The notes under the pieces are model-generated. The model was given only the letters and a program-made list of their open reading frames with translations. It was not told where the DNA came from and ran no database searches. A stretch of 64,000 bases of DNA. Source: Myxococcota bacterium. GTDB lineage: Bacteria > Myxococcota_A > UBA9042 > PHBI01 > JAWLBL01. The position numbers and the translations under genes are program-made. Position 1 is the stretch's first letter; every line of letters begins with the position of its first letter. The stretch spans positions 1 through 64,000 of the forward strand of contig JAWLBL010000013.1 of the NCBI GenBank assembly GCA_041687695.1, given 5' to 3'. Shown here piece by piece: positions 1 to 11,017 of the stretch.

Positions 1-34
1 CTCCCCCCGCGCCGCCCCGCCCCGGCGACCTGGC

Positions 35-112
35 CCCGCGTCGTCCCGGGACGGCGACCCGCACCCGCGTCGTCCCGGGACGGCGAGCCAGCCCGCGTCG
101 TCCCGGGACGAC
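35..112. repeat. Three tandem copies of a palindromic REP-like unit (cccgcgtcgtcccgggacg)
   Basis: Copies begin at 35, 64 and 92 (28-29 bp period). The core gtcgtcccgggacgac is a perfect palindrome in the third copy. Confidence 0.8.
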
Positions 113-235
113 TAATTGCGCGACTGTTTAATTGTCGCATCGGCTGCGACTCAGTCCGACCAGCGACCCGATGCTCGCGCCCCCGTCCATCCCACGCGCC
201 CCGCCCTCGACGCCGAGCGTGCGGGACGCGAAGCG

Positions 236-451
236 GCCCGGACGGACCCCCGTCCGGGCCGATGTTGGCCCACAAGCCGCAGCGAAGGCCGGGGTCAAGG
301 GCTTTGTCGTCCGCGAGGAATTGGGCTGCCCGCCAGGGCGGCCCAAGGGGGACAAAGCCCTTGAGGCCGGCCGAAGCGGAGGCTACCGCGCCTCCCCTGA
401 GTCAAGCCACCTGGGACAAGCCCTCGAGGCCGGCCGAAGCGGAGGCTACCG
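236..451. repeat. Structured intergenic repeat element (hairpins plus duplicated segment), possible MITE or ncRNA remnant
   Basis: Hairpin ggcccggacgg..ccgtccgggcc at about 236-260. A 14-bp inverted repeat tcaagggctttgtc/gacaaagcccttga at 295-308 and 351-364. The segment gaggccggccgaagcggaggctaccg occurs twice (about 363-388 and 426-451). Confidence 0.55.
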
Positions 452-597
452 AACCTTCACCCAACCCGGCCCCCGCCTACCCTTGCACCCCCCCAAACAC
501 CAAAGGCGCCCCAGCCCCCCGCGCAACCGCGGGGCCAGGACGCCTTCAGTGTCACTCATCATCTCTCGCAGGCAGGAGGAACGCCCGCCTCCCTCAA

Positions 598-1908
598 CTA
601 CCGCTTATTCGGCCCCCGCCCGAACGGGTACCCCCCCGCGCCGAACTCGCTGTCGGCGGGCAGGCTGAAGGGGCTGCGCTTGCGGGTGACGTTGCTCACG
701 TCACCCAGGGAGAGGCCGCCGCTGGTCCAGGGCTTCTGCTTGGCGCGGCCGCCGCCGCCGGCCTCAGCGGCCTCGGCGTGGCGCTGGCCGCCGCCGCGCA
801 CGCCCACCGTCGCGAAGGGCGGGGGCTCGGGGGGGAAGCTCTCCTGCACGCGCAGCGGCGGCGGCTCGGGCGGCCCGGCGTACTCGTGCAGCTCGGCCAC
901 CGGGACCTCGTGGCGGGCGTGGGCCTCGTAGGCGGCCTCGCGCTCGTCGGCCGAGTCGAAGCCGGTCGCGACGACGGTGATGTAGAGATCGTCGCCCACC
1001 GACGGGTCGATGACCGACCCGAAGATGATGTTGGCGTCCTCGTGCGCCGCCTCCTGGATGAGCGTGATGGCCTCGTTGATCTCCATGATCCCGAGGTTCT
1101 CGCCGCCGGTGATGTTGACCAGGATGCCGCGCGCCCCGTCGATGGAGGTGTCCTCGAGCAGCGGGCTGGAGATGGCCTGCTGGGCCGCCTTGGCCGCGCG
1201 GCCCTCGCCGTTGGCGCTGCCGGCGCCCATCAGGGCCATGCCCTGGGCCTGCATGATGGTGCGCACGTCGGCGAAGTCGACGTTCACCAGACCCGGGATG
1301 GTGATGAGGTCCGAGACGCCCTTGACCGCGTTGTACAGGACGTTGTCGGCCTCGCGGAAGGCGCTCAGCAGGGTCATCGACTTGTTGGCGATGGCCAGCA
1401 GGCGCTGGTTCGGGATGACGATGAGCGTGTCGACCGCCGCGCGCAGGGCCTCGAGCCCCTTGTGGGCGTTCTTCATGCGCGGCTTGCCCTCGAACTCGAA
1501 GGGCTTGGTGACGACGCCGACGGTCAGCGCGCCCATCTCGCGGGCGATCTGCGCGACGACCGGCGCCGCGCCCGTGCCCGTGCCGCCGCCGAGGCCGGCC
1601 GTCACGAACACCATGTCGGCGCCCTCGAGGTACTCGGCGATGGTGGAGGTGTCCTCCATCGCCGCCTTCCAGCCCTTGTCGGGGTTGGCGCCCGCCCCGA
1701 GGCCGCGCGTCAGCCCCTGGCCGATCTGGATCTTGTGCGGCGCCTCGTTCTTGTCGAGCGCCTGCACGTCCGTGTTGCAGGCGATGAAGGTCACCCCCTG
1801 CAGGTTGTTGCGCACCATGTTGTTCAGGGCGTTGCCGCCGGCGCCGCCGACGCCCACGACCTTGATGTTCGCCCCTGTGACGACGACCTCTTCATCGAAG
1901 CTGATCAC
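598..1908 (-). CDS. ftsZ: Cell division GTPase FtsZ
   Basis: [13 protein letters not shown], tubulin signature [23 protein letters not shown]; last gene of the dcw operon. Confidence 0.99.
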   Translation of the reverse strand: MISFDEEVVVTGANIKVVGVGGAGGNALNNMVRNNLQGVTFIACNTDVQALDKNEAPHKIQIGQGLTRGLGAGANPDKGWKAAMEDTSTIAEYLEGADMVFVTAGLGGGTGTGAAPVVAQIAREMGALTVGVVTKPFEFEGKPRMKNAHKGLEALRAAVDTLIVIPNQRLLAIANKSMTLLSAFREADNVLYNAVKGVSDLITIPGLVNVDFADVRTIMQAQGMALMGAGSANGEGRAAKAAQQAISSPLLEDTSIDGARGILVNITGGENLGIMEINEAITLIQEAAHEDANIIFGSVIDPSVGDDLYITVVATGFDSADEREAAYEAHARHEVPVAELHEYAGPPEPPPLRVQESFPPEPPPFATVGVRGGGQRHAEAAEAGGGGRAKQKPWTSGGLSLGDVSNVTRKRSPFSLPADSEFGAGGYPFGRGPNKR

Positions 1909-2005
1909 GATTGGCCTCCCCGACCTGATGATGATTTCCGAACCGAATTCGAACCGAATGCGTTGTCGGCCCGGCCGCCGTCCCCACGGCGCCCGGACCG
2001 GGTGA

Positions 2006-3244
2006 CTAGAACCAGGAGTCGATGAGCCGGCGCATGCCCCCGAACCACCCCGGACCGCGCGCCGCCGGCTTGCGCGTCTTCACGGGCTCGCTGTTGACGG
2101 CGAACGCGTCCAGGCACAACCCGACCGCCGCCGCGTAGCGCGGGTCTTTGACGACCTCGGTCAGCCCCCCGACGCCCTTGGGCTCGGGGACGCCGATGCG
2201 CACCGGCATGCCGACCAGCACGTCCTCGCCGAGGTCGGCGATGGCCTCGAGGCTGGCCGTGCCGCCCGTCAGGACGACGCCCGCCGCCAGCAGCTCGCGG
2301 CAGCCGGCGACGTCGATCTCGTGGGCCACCCGCCCGAACAGGTCCTCGAGCCCGGGCTCGAGGATCTCGCAGAGCAGGTGCCGCTGCCGCGCCTGCGGCT
2401 CGCGCCCGCCGACCGACGGCACGTCCATCGTCTCGCCGTCGGCCACCATCGACGCCAGCGCGCAGCCGAAGCGCTGCTTGACCTTCTCGGCCGCGTCGCT
2501 GGGGGTGCGCAGGCCGCGCGCGATCTGCCGCGTCAGCTCGTCGCCGCCCCACTCGAGCGCCACCGTGTGGACCAGCGCGTTGTCGTACCAGACGGCGATG
2601 TCGGTCGTGCCGCCGCCGACGTCGACCAGCACGCACCCCAGCTCGCGCTCCTCGCGCGTCAGCACCGACGCCGACGACGCCAGGCCCGTGAACATGACCT
2701 GCTCGACGGTGAGGCCCGCCTTGCTGCAGCACTCGCCGGCGTTGATGAGCGCCGTCCGCCCCGCCGTGATGACGTGCACCCGCGTCTCGAGCCGCACGCC
2801 GTTCATCCCGACCGGCGTCCGGATGCCGTCGTGGCCGTCGATGATGAACTCCTGCGGCAGCGCGTGCAGGACCTGCTTGTCGCTGGGCAGCGCGATGGCC
2901 CGGGCCGACTCGAGCACGCGCCCGATGTCCTGCTCGGTCACCCGCCCGCCGCGCACCGCGACCGTCCCGTCCGAGTTGAACCCGACCGTGTGCGCGCCGC
3001 CGATGCCCAGCCGCACCGTGTGGATCTGGCAGCCGGCCATGCGCGCCGCCTCGTCCACGGCCGTCCGGATGGCCTCGGTCGTCATGTCGATGGACACGAC
3101 CTGCCCGGTCCGCAGCCCGCCCGCCGAGGGCACCATCGACACCCCGATGATGTTCCGCTCGGACCCGCTGACCTCCATGATGACCACCGCGACCTTGCTG
3201 GACCCCAGGTCCAGCCCGGCCACGATCTCCGCCGATCTCGCCAT
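2006..3244 (-). CDS. ftsA: Cell division protein FtsA
   Basis: [27 protein letters not shown] actin-like motifs; directly upstream of ftsZ. Confidence 0.98.
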   Translation of the reverse strand: MARSAEIVAGLDLGSSKVAVVIMEVSGSERNIIGVSMVPSAGGLRTGQVVSIDMTTEAIRTAVDEAARMAGCQIHTVRLGIGGAHTVGFNSDGTVAVRGGRVTEQDIGRVLESARAIALPSDKQVLHALPQEFIIDGHDGIRTPVGMNGVRLETRVHVITAGRTALINAGECCSKAGLTVEQVMFTGLASSASVLTREERELGCVLVDVGGGTTDIAVWYDNALVHTVALEWGGDELTRQIARGLRTPSDAAEKVKQRFGCALASMVADGETMDVPSVGGREPQARQRHLLCEILEPGLEDLFGRVAHEIDVAGCRELLAAGVVLTGGTASLEAIADLGEDVLVGMPVRIGVPEPKGVGGLTEVVKDPRYAAAVGLCLDAFAVNSEPVKTRKPAARGPGWFGGMRRLIDSWF

Positions 3245-3255
3245 CTCGTCCTCCC

Positions 3256-4437
3256 CTAGTTCCCGCCGCCGTCGGTCGCCCGCCCGCCGGCGTCGCCGCC
3301 ATCCCCGCTCGCCGCCTCTGAACCGTTGTCCGAGCCCCCGACGCCCTCGGCGCCGTCGCCCGCCTCACCCATGCCTTGCGCCTCGATGGCCTCCTGGGCC
3401 GCCCGCGCCCGCGCCGCCGCCCGCTCCGCCAGCTCCTGGTCGGTCGGCGCGAGGTCCGCCTTGACCACCACGCGCCCGTCGTCGCGCTGCCAGCTGGCGC
3501 CCGGCTGCGTGTCGAGCAGCACGTACTCGGCCACCTTGCCCTGCTGGTGCAGGCTCTCGAGGATCCACTCGAGCCGGTACAGCTTGTCGCGGTACGGCCC
3601 CGTCCCCAGGACGGCCTCGCTGCCGATGCCGCTGAGCACCAGCGTCAGCCGCCGCGCCGTCTCGACCCGCACCTCGGCGATGGGCCAGCGCGTCGCCAGC
3701 CCCAGCGAGGCGTACAGCCGCGTCAGGTTGATGGCCGAGCGCAGGTCTGCGCGCGCCAGCGACGCCCGCGGCTCGGCCGCCAGCTCCTCGGCCGTGACGC
3801 CGGTGATGATGGGCAGGTCCAGGTCGTCCTCGGGCCCCGCCGGGGCGAACGGGACGCCGCTCTGGTCGAGGAGCCAGAGCTGGTCCATCGCCAGGTAGGC
3901 GACCGGCGCGTGCTCGACCAGCCGCACGATGAGGCGGTCGGGCAGCTCGCGCGTGACGTTGGCCCGCGCGATCCAGGCGTGGGCCTCGAGGCGGCGCGCC
4001 ATCTCGTCGAGATCGGCCGCCAGCACGTGGGTGCCGGGCACGATGCCCGCGATGTCGGTGATGGCCGCGTAGGACAGGCGGCGGTTGCCCTCGATCAGCA
4101 CCTCGCGCACGTGGAAGTGCCCGGTCTGCATGACGTACTGGTAGGCGCGCACGCCCAGCATCGGCGTGACGAAGGCGGCCAGAGCGGCGCCCAGGGTCAG
4201 GGTCCACCCCAGGACCGCCAGCGTCATGCGCACGCGCAGGGGGCGCTTGGGCGCGGGCGTCGCGGCGTGGGCGCCGGCCAGCATCGCGGCCACCTCGCGC
4301 GCGGCCTCGGTCGGGGCGTCGGCGACCGCCTGCCGGTCGCGGCGGCGGCTCAGGCGGTCGGACACGAAGGCGCGCAGGCGCTCGAGAGGCGTCAGCTGAC
4401 GCCGGTTCTTGTTGCGGCGGGGCAGGGGCAGCTTCAT
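3256..4437 (-). CDS. ftsQ: Cell division protein FtsQ/DivIB
   Basis: Start MKLPLPRR overlaps the murG stop (ATGA). One TM helix, then a POTRA domain (FHVREVLIEGNRRL...WIARANVTRELPDRLIVRLVEH); upstream of ftsA. Confidence 0.9.
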   Translation of the reverse strand: MKLPLPRRNKNRRQLTPLERLRAFVSDRLSRRRDRQAVADAPTEAAREVAAMLAGAHAATPAPKRPLRVRMTLAVLGWTLTLGAALAAFVTPMLGVRAYQYVMQTGHFHVREVLIEGNRRLSYAAITDIAGIVPGTHVLAADLDEMARRLEAHAWIARANVTRELPDRLIVRLVEHAPVAYLAMDQLWLLDQSGVPFAPAGPEDDLDLPIITGVTAEELAAEPRASLARADLRSAINLTRLYASLGLATRWPIAEVRVETARRLTLVLSGIGSEAVLGTGPYRDKLYRLEWILESLHQQGKVAEYVLLDTQPGASWQRDDGRVVVKADLAPTDQELAERAAARARAAQEAIEAQGMGEAGDGAEGVGGSDNGSEAASGDGGDAGGRATDGGGN

Positions 4438-5552
4438 CGGGCCAGCCCCTCGAGGTCGTCGACCAGGACGCGCGCGGCGTCCACGCGGGCCTGGCGGCGC
4501 GCGGCGGACGACATGGCGATGAGGCGGTCGGGGTGGGTGGCGAGGGCCTCGAGCTGCTCGGCGACGGCGTCGTCGCGCCAGTCGGCCTGGCGGATCATCA
4601 GCGCGGCGCCGGCGTCGACCATGACGCTCGCGTTGGCCTCCTGGTGGTTGTCGGCGGCGAAGGGGAAGGGGACCAGCAGGCTGGGCAGGCCGACGGCGGT
4701 CAGCTCGGCGACGGTCAGGGCGCCGGCGCGGCACACGGCCAGATCGGCGGCGGCGTAGGCGGCCGGCATGTCGTGGATGAAGGGCGTGACGGTCGCCGGC
4801 AGGTCCAGGGCCTGGTAGCGGTCGCGGGTCGCCTGCTCGTCGGCGGGGCCGGTCTGGTGGACGACGGTCAGCGCCAAGCCGGGGCGGCGGGCGCGCAGGG
4901 CGGCGAGGGCGGCCGGGAGGTGCTCGTTCAGAAAGCGCGCGCCCTGGCTGCCGCCGAAGACGAGGACGCGCAGGGCGCCGTCCTGGGGGGCGGGGCGCGC
5001 GTCGGCGCCGGCCAGCGCGTCGGCGACGGCGCGGCGCAGCGGGTTGCCGGTGACGACGACGCGGGCCGAGGCGAAGGCCTTGGAGGCGGCCTCGAAGCCG
5101 ACGTAGACGGCGCGGGCCAGGCGCGACAGGAAGCGGTTGGTCATGCCGGGGGTGGCGTTCTGCTCCTGGATGGCCGTGGGACGGCGGGTCATCCAGGCGG
5201 CGAGCAGGGCCGGGCCCGAGGCGTAGCCGCCGACGCCCAGGACGACCTGCGGGCGGACGCGGCGCAGCAGGCGCATCGACTGCAGGATGCCGACGGGGAG
5301 GCGGAACAGGCCCTTGAGGCGGGTCAACAGGCCGCCGCCCTTGAGGCGCGAGACGGTGATGGTCTCGAGCTGGTAACCGAGGCGCGGCAGGATGGTGTTC
5401 TCGAGGCCCTGCGGCGAGCCGACGAAGACCACCTGGGCGGAGGGGTTGCGGGCGAGGACCTCCTCGGCGACGGCGACGCCCGGGTAGACGTGGCCGCCGG
5501 TGCCGCCGCCGGCGATGACGATGCGCGAGATGGCGCTGCGGGGCGTCGTCAC
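4434..5552 (-). CDS. murG: Undecaprenyldiphospho-muramoylpentapeptide GlcNAc transferase MurG
   Basis: IAGGGTGGHVYPG, GGYAS, EQNATPG, GGSQGA, CRAGALT, NHQEANA. GTG start overlaps the ftsW stop. Confidence 0.98.
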   Translation of the reverse strand: MTTPRSAISRIVIAGGGTGGHVYPGVAVAEEVLARNPSAQVVFVGSPQGLENTILPRLGYQLETITVSRLKGGGLLTRLKGLFRLPVGILQSMRLLRRVRPQVVLGVGGYASGPALLAAWMTRRPTAIQEQNATPGMTNRFLSRLARAVYVGFEAASKAFASARVVVTGNPLRRAVADALAGADARPAPQDGALRVLVFGGSQGARFLNEHLPAALAALRARRPGLALTVVHQTGPADEQATRDRYQALDLPATVTPFIHDMPAAYAAADLAVCRAGALTVAELTAVGLPSLLVPFPFAADNHQEANASVMVDAGAALMIRQADWRDDAVAEQLEALATHPDRLIAMSSAARRQARVDAARVLVDDLEGLAR

Positions 5553-6853
5553 GGCAGCACCTCCTCGAGCGAGGTGGCCTTCTTGCGGCGGCGGCCCTTC
5601 TGGCGGCGCGGCTTGGCGGGGCGGGCCTCGGGGGCGTCGGGCTCGTCGTCGGGCTCGTCGGCGTCGGGGACGAGCAGGGCGAGGCGGCCCTGGTTCACGT
5701 CGCGGCTGACGGCGAGCAGCATGCCGAGGGCGAAGCAGGACACGAGCATCGAGCTGCCGCCGTGGCTGACGAAGGGCAGGGTGAGGCCCTTGGTCGGGAT
5801 GAGGGAGACGGCGACCATCATGTTGATGACGGCCTGCAGGCCCAGCAGCAGGGTGATGCCGAAGGCGAGGAAGCGGCCGAAGTCGTCGCGGGCGCGCAGG
5901 GCGATGCCGACGCCGCGGACGACGATGACGGCGAAGAGGGTGACGACGACCAGGACGCCGACGGCGCCGGTCTGCTCGCCGATGACCGAGAGGATGAAGT
6001 CGTTGTGGCCTTCGGGCAGGTAGCCGGTCAGGGTCTGGCCGCCGTAGCCGATGCCCTGGCCGGTGGTGCCGCCCGAGCCCATGGCGATGAGGGAGTTGAC
6101 CATCTGGTAGCCGCGGCCGGTGCGGTAGGCCCAGGGGTCGATGAAGGCCATGACGCGGCCGAGGCGCATGTCGTTGGAGGCGATGGCCTGGAAGGCGAGG
6201 AAGAGGCCGACGCAGACGAACAGGCTGATGTAGCCGAGGCGGGTGCCGGCGGCGAAGAGCATGGTGAACATCAGCAGGACGAGGATGACGCAGGTGCCGA
6301 AGTCGGGCTGGAACAGGCACAGGAAGATGAGGACGCCGCAGACGATGAGGTGCGGGACGAAGGCGACGGTGAAGCGGGTGATGCGCTCGGCTTTTTTGGC
6401 GAGCGAGTAGGCGAGGAAGACCACGAAGGCGAGCTTGGCCAGCTCGGCGGGCTGCAGCGAAAAGCCCGGCAGTGCGATCCAGCGGCGGGCGTTGCCGGCG
6501 GTGGTGCCGACGAAGATGACGAGGGCCAACAGGGCGATGGTGACGAACAGGCCCGGGTAGACCAGGCCGCGCCAGGTGCGGTAGGGCACGAACATGGCGA
6601 GGCCCATGGCGGTCAGGCCGATGCCGACGTGGACCAGGTGGACGCGCAGGCGCTCGGCGCCGTCGCCCGTGACCAGGGTCGACTCGTTGATGGTCGCCGA
6701 GTAGACCATCACGGTGCCGAGGCCGAGCAGCATGATGACGGCGGCCAGCAGCGGGAAGTCGTACGGGGCGACCTGCCGCTCGGCGTCGCGCAGGCTGGAG
6801 GCGGCGCCCGGCCCGCGCGCGTGCGTGGTCTGGGGGGTGAGGACCGACGCCAT
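5549..6853 (-). CDS. ftsW: SEDS peptidoglycan polymerase FtsW
   Basis: ARRWI, QPAELAK, QPDFGT, YLPEGHNDFI, KGLTLPFVSHGGSS; multiple TM helices; between mraY and murG. Confidence 0.97.
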   Translation of the reverse strand: MASVLTPQTTHARGPGAASSLRDAERQVAPYDFPLLAAVIMLLGLGTVMVYSATINESTLVTGDGAERLRVHLVHVGIGLTAMGLAMFVPYRTWRGLVYPGLFVTIALLALVIFVGTTAGNARRWIALPGFSLQPAELAKLAFVVFLAYSLAKKAERITRFTVAFVPHLIVCGVLIFLCLFQPDFGTCVILVLLMFTMLFAAGTRLGYISLFVCVGLFLAFQAIASNDMRLGRVMAFIDPWAYRTGRGYQMVNSLIAMGSGGTTGQGIGYGGQTLTGYLPEGHNDFILSVIGEQTGAVGVLVVVTLFAVIVVRGVGIALRARDDFGRFLAFGITLLLGLQAVINMMVAVSLIPTKGLTLPFVSHGGSSMLVSCFALGMLLAVSRDVNQGRLALLVPDADEPDDEPDAPEARPAKPRRQKGRRRKKATSLEEVLP

Positions 6854-6855
6854 GG

Positions 6856-7964
<1,109 letters not shown>

Positions 7965-7965
<1 letters not shown>

Positions 7966-9389
7966 CAGGCCACCTCCTCGGCAGGGTCGCTGGAGGCGGA
8001 CGGGGAGGCGAGGACGTCGAGGAGGCGCTCCAGGCGCCCGCCGCGGCTGCCCTTGAGGAGGAGCCAGCGGCCCTCGGCGGCGAAGGCGCGCACGTCGTCG
8101 GCGAGCTCCAGGGCGTCGGCGGCGGTGCGGACGTCGGTGAGGCCGGCCGCGCGGGCGCCCTGGGCGATGGCGTCGGCGAAGGGGCCGGTGGCGGCGAGCC
8201 AGTCGACGCCGCAGGCGACGGCGGCGGCGCCGATGTCGCGGTGGAGGTCGGCCGAGGTGGGGCCCAGCTCGAGCATGGAGCCCAGGACGGCGCCGCGGCG
8301 GGGCGCGTCGGCGGCGACGTCGCGCAGGGTCTCGAGGGCGGCGCGGGTGCTGGCCGGGTTGGCGTTGTAGGCGTCGTCGAGGACGGTCAGGCCGGCCACC
8401 GAGGGGACCACGGCCAGGCGGTGGGGCGCGGGCTGGTAGCGGCGCGAGAGGGAGTCGGCGGCGCGGGCGACGTCGAGTCCGAGCGCGTGGACGGCGGCCA
8501 GGGCGCCAGCGGCGTTGAGGGCGTTGTGGCGGCCCAGCGCCGGCAGGTTGACGGTCGCGGAGGCGTCGCCGACGGTGACCGTGGCGGTCAGCCCCTTGGC
8601 GGACAGGTTCACGTCCGAGAGGCGGACGACCGCGTCGGGCGCGGTGCCGTAGGTCGTGAGGCCCCGGGGGCGCAGCGTGCGGGCGCGCACCAGGACGCGG
8701 GGGTCGTCGGCGTTGGCGACGCCGCGGGCGCCGGGCGGCAGCGTGGCGTACAGCTCGGCCTTGGCGTCGGCGATGGCGTCGACGCTGTCGAAGAACGCGA
8801 GGTGGGCGGCCGCGACCGCGGTGACGACGCCGACGGTGGGCATCGCGATGCGCGTCAACGCCGTGATCTCGCCGGGGGCGCTCATGCCCAGCTCGAGCAC
8901 CAGGAAGCGCTCGTCACCGTCGAAGCCGAACAGGGTCAGCGGCAGCCCGATGTCGTTGTTGTAGTTGCCGAAGGTCTTGCCGACCTTGCCGAAGTCGGCC
9001 AGGGCCGCCGCGATCATGTCCTTGACCGTGGTCTTGCCGACCGAGCCGGTCACCGCCACGACCTTGGCCTTGCTGCGGCCGCGCATCGTGACCGCCAGGC
9101 GCCGCAGCGCCTCGCGCGTGTCGTCCACGAGCAGCACCAGGACGTCGCCCGGCAGGTCGGCCGGGACCTTGTCCGGGTTCGACACGACCACGCCGGTCGC
9201 GCCGTCCCCGACGGCCTGTCCGATGAAGTCGTGGGCGTCGAAGCGCTCGCCGACCAGCGCCACGAACAGCCCCCCGGCCGCCGGCTTGCGCGTGTCGGTG
9301 AAGATGGCCGTCACCGGGGCGCCGTCCAGGCCCTGCAAGGCCCGGCCGCCGGTCGCCTGCACCAGGGTGTTCCGCTCGACGGGCTTCAA
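7965..9389 (-). CDS. murF: UDP-MurNAc-tripeptide:D-Ala-D-Ala ligase MurF
   Basis: GERFDAHDF, TGSVGKTTVK, NNDIGLPLT, DDAYNANP, LLKGSRG. TTG start overlaps the murE stop. Confidence 0.97.
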
Positions 9390-11017
9390 GCGTCACCTCC
9401 GGGCTCGGGCGTGCTGTCGGCTGCTTTGGCCTTGGCCTTGGCCTTGCCCTTGCCCTTGCTCTTGCTCTTGGCCCTCGGCTCGTCCGCCTTGGGCTCGGCG
9501 GGCGCCTCGGCCGCGGCCGGGACCTCGGCCGCCGCAGCCTCCTTGGGGTCGCCCCCGGCCAGCGCGTCGGCCGCCACCTTGCGGTCGTCGAAGGGGCGCT
9601 TGTCGGTCCCGACGATCTGGTAGTCCTCGTGGCCCTTGCCCGCGATGAGCAGCACGTCGTCCGGGCCGCTCGCCGCCACCGCCGCGAAGATCGCCTCGCG
9701 CCGGTCGGGCACCACCAGCCGCTCGCGCCCCGGCGTCATGCCGGCCACGATCTCGCCGATGATCGCCTGCGGGTCCTCGGTGCGCGGGTTGTCGCTGGTC
9801 ACGACCGGCAGGTCCGCCAGCCGCTCGACCACCTGCCCCATCACCGGGCGCTTGCCCCGATCGCGGTCGCCGCCCGCGCCGAAGACGCAGATGAGGCGCC
9901 CGCGCGTCAGCGGCCGCAGCGCGCGCAGCACGTTGTCGAGCGCGTCCGGCGTGTGGGCGTAGTCGACGAAGATCTGCCGCCCGCCATCGACCCGCTCGAG
10001 CCGCCCCGGCGCGCCCTTGCTGCGCGCCAGCGCCTCCAACGCCGCGTCGACCGGCACCCCGCCCAGCCACGCCATCGCCAGCGTCACCAGGGCGTTCTCG
10101 ACGTTGTGCCGCCCCACGAGGCCGATGCGCAGCTCGCGCGGGCCGGCCGGCGTCTTCAGCCGCGCCACGGTGCCCTCGACGCCCATCTCGAGCGCCTGCA
10201 CCGAGAAGTCCGCCGGCGCCCGCTTGACCGACACCGTGGCCCGCTTGCCGCGGAACCGGTTGGCGAACCGCGCGCCCGTCGTGTCGTCCACGTTGAAGGC
10301 CGCCGCCGGCGCGAACTCGCGGAACAGGCGCTCCTTGGCGTCGGCGTAGGCCTCCATCGTGTCGTGGAAGTCCATGTGGTCGCGCGTCAGGTTCGTGAAC
10401 CCGCCGACCGCGACGGTCAGGCCGGCCATGCGGTTCATGAACAGGCCGTGGCTCGACGCCTCCATGACGACGTGGGTGCAGCCGGCGTCGCGCATCTCGG
10501 CGACCAGCGCGTGCAGCTGCGGCGACGGCGGCGTCGTGAAGATCGTGCCGCGGCGGACCGCGCCGAAGCGCGTCTCGACCGTGCCCAGCAGGCCCGGCCG
10601 ATGGCCGCAGGCCAGCAGCACCTCGTAGAGCAGCCAGCTGACCGTGGTCTTGCCGTTGGTGCCGGTGACCGCGAAGACGGGCAGGGCGCGCGACGGGTGT
10701 TCGTGGAAGGCGCTGGCCAGCTCGCCCAGGGCGCGCTCGGAGTGCGGGACCTGCACCCAGGTCACGCCGTCGGGCAGGTCCTCGGGGGCGGCGGCCTCGG
10801 CGACGACGACGGCGGCGCCGCGCGCCAGGGCGTCGGGGATGTACTGGTGCCCGTCGACGTTGTAGCCGCGCACGGCGACGTAGGCGGCGCCCGGCGTGAC
10901 CTCGCGCGAGTCGGCCGTCACCTTGGGCACCGGCGTCGCGTCGGAGCCGGTCACCGCGGCGACGTCGGGGACGGCGGCCAGCAGGGCGGCCAGCGGCTTG
11001 GGGGTGCGCGTCGTCAC
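9386..11017 (-). CDS. murE: UDP-MurNAc-dipeptide:meso-DAP ligase MurE with a Lys/Ala-rich C-terminal tail
   Basis: VTGTNGKTT, MEASSH, TNLTRDHMDFH, DYAHTPDAL, DNPR (meso-DAP specificity), AGKGHEDYQ. GTG start overlaps the ftsI stop. Confidence 0.97.
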   Translation of the reverse strand: MTTRTPKPLAALLAAVPDVAAVTGSDATPVPKVTADSREVTPGAAYVAVRGYNVDGHQYIPDALARGAAVVVAEAAAPEDLPDGVTWVQVPHSERALGELASAFHEHPSRALPVFAVTGTNGKTTVSWLLYEVLLACGHRPGLLGTVETRFGAVRRGTIFTTPPSPQLHALVAEMRDAGCTHVVMEASSHGLFMNRMAGLTVAVGGFTNLTRDHMDFHDTMEAYADAKERLFREFAPAAAFNVDDTTGARFANRFRGKRATVSVKRAPADFSVQALEMGVEGTVARLKTPAGPRELRIGLVGRHNVENALVTLAMAWLGGVPVDAALEALARSKGAPGRLERVDGGRQIFVDYAHTPDALDNVLRALRPLTRGRLICVFGAGGDRDRGKRPVMGQVVERLADLPVVTSDNPRTEDPQAIIGEIVAGMTPGRERLVVPDRREAIFAAVAASGPDDVLLIAGKGHEDYQIVGTDKRPFDDRKVAADALAGGDPKEAAAAEVPAAAEAPAEPKADEPRAKSKSKGKGKAKAKAKAADSTPEPGGDA

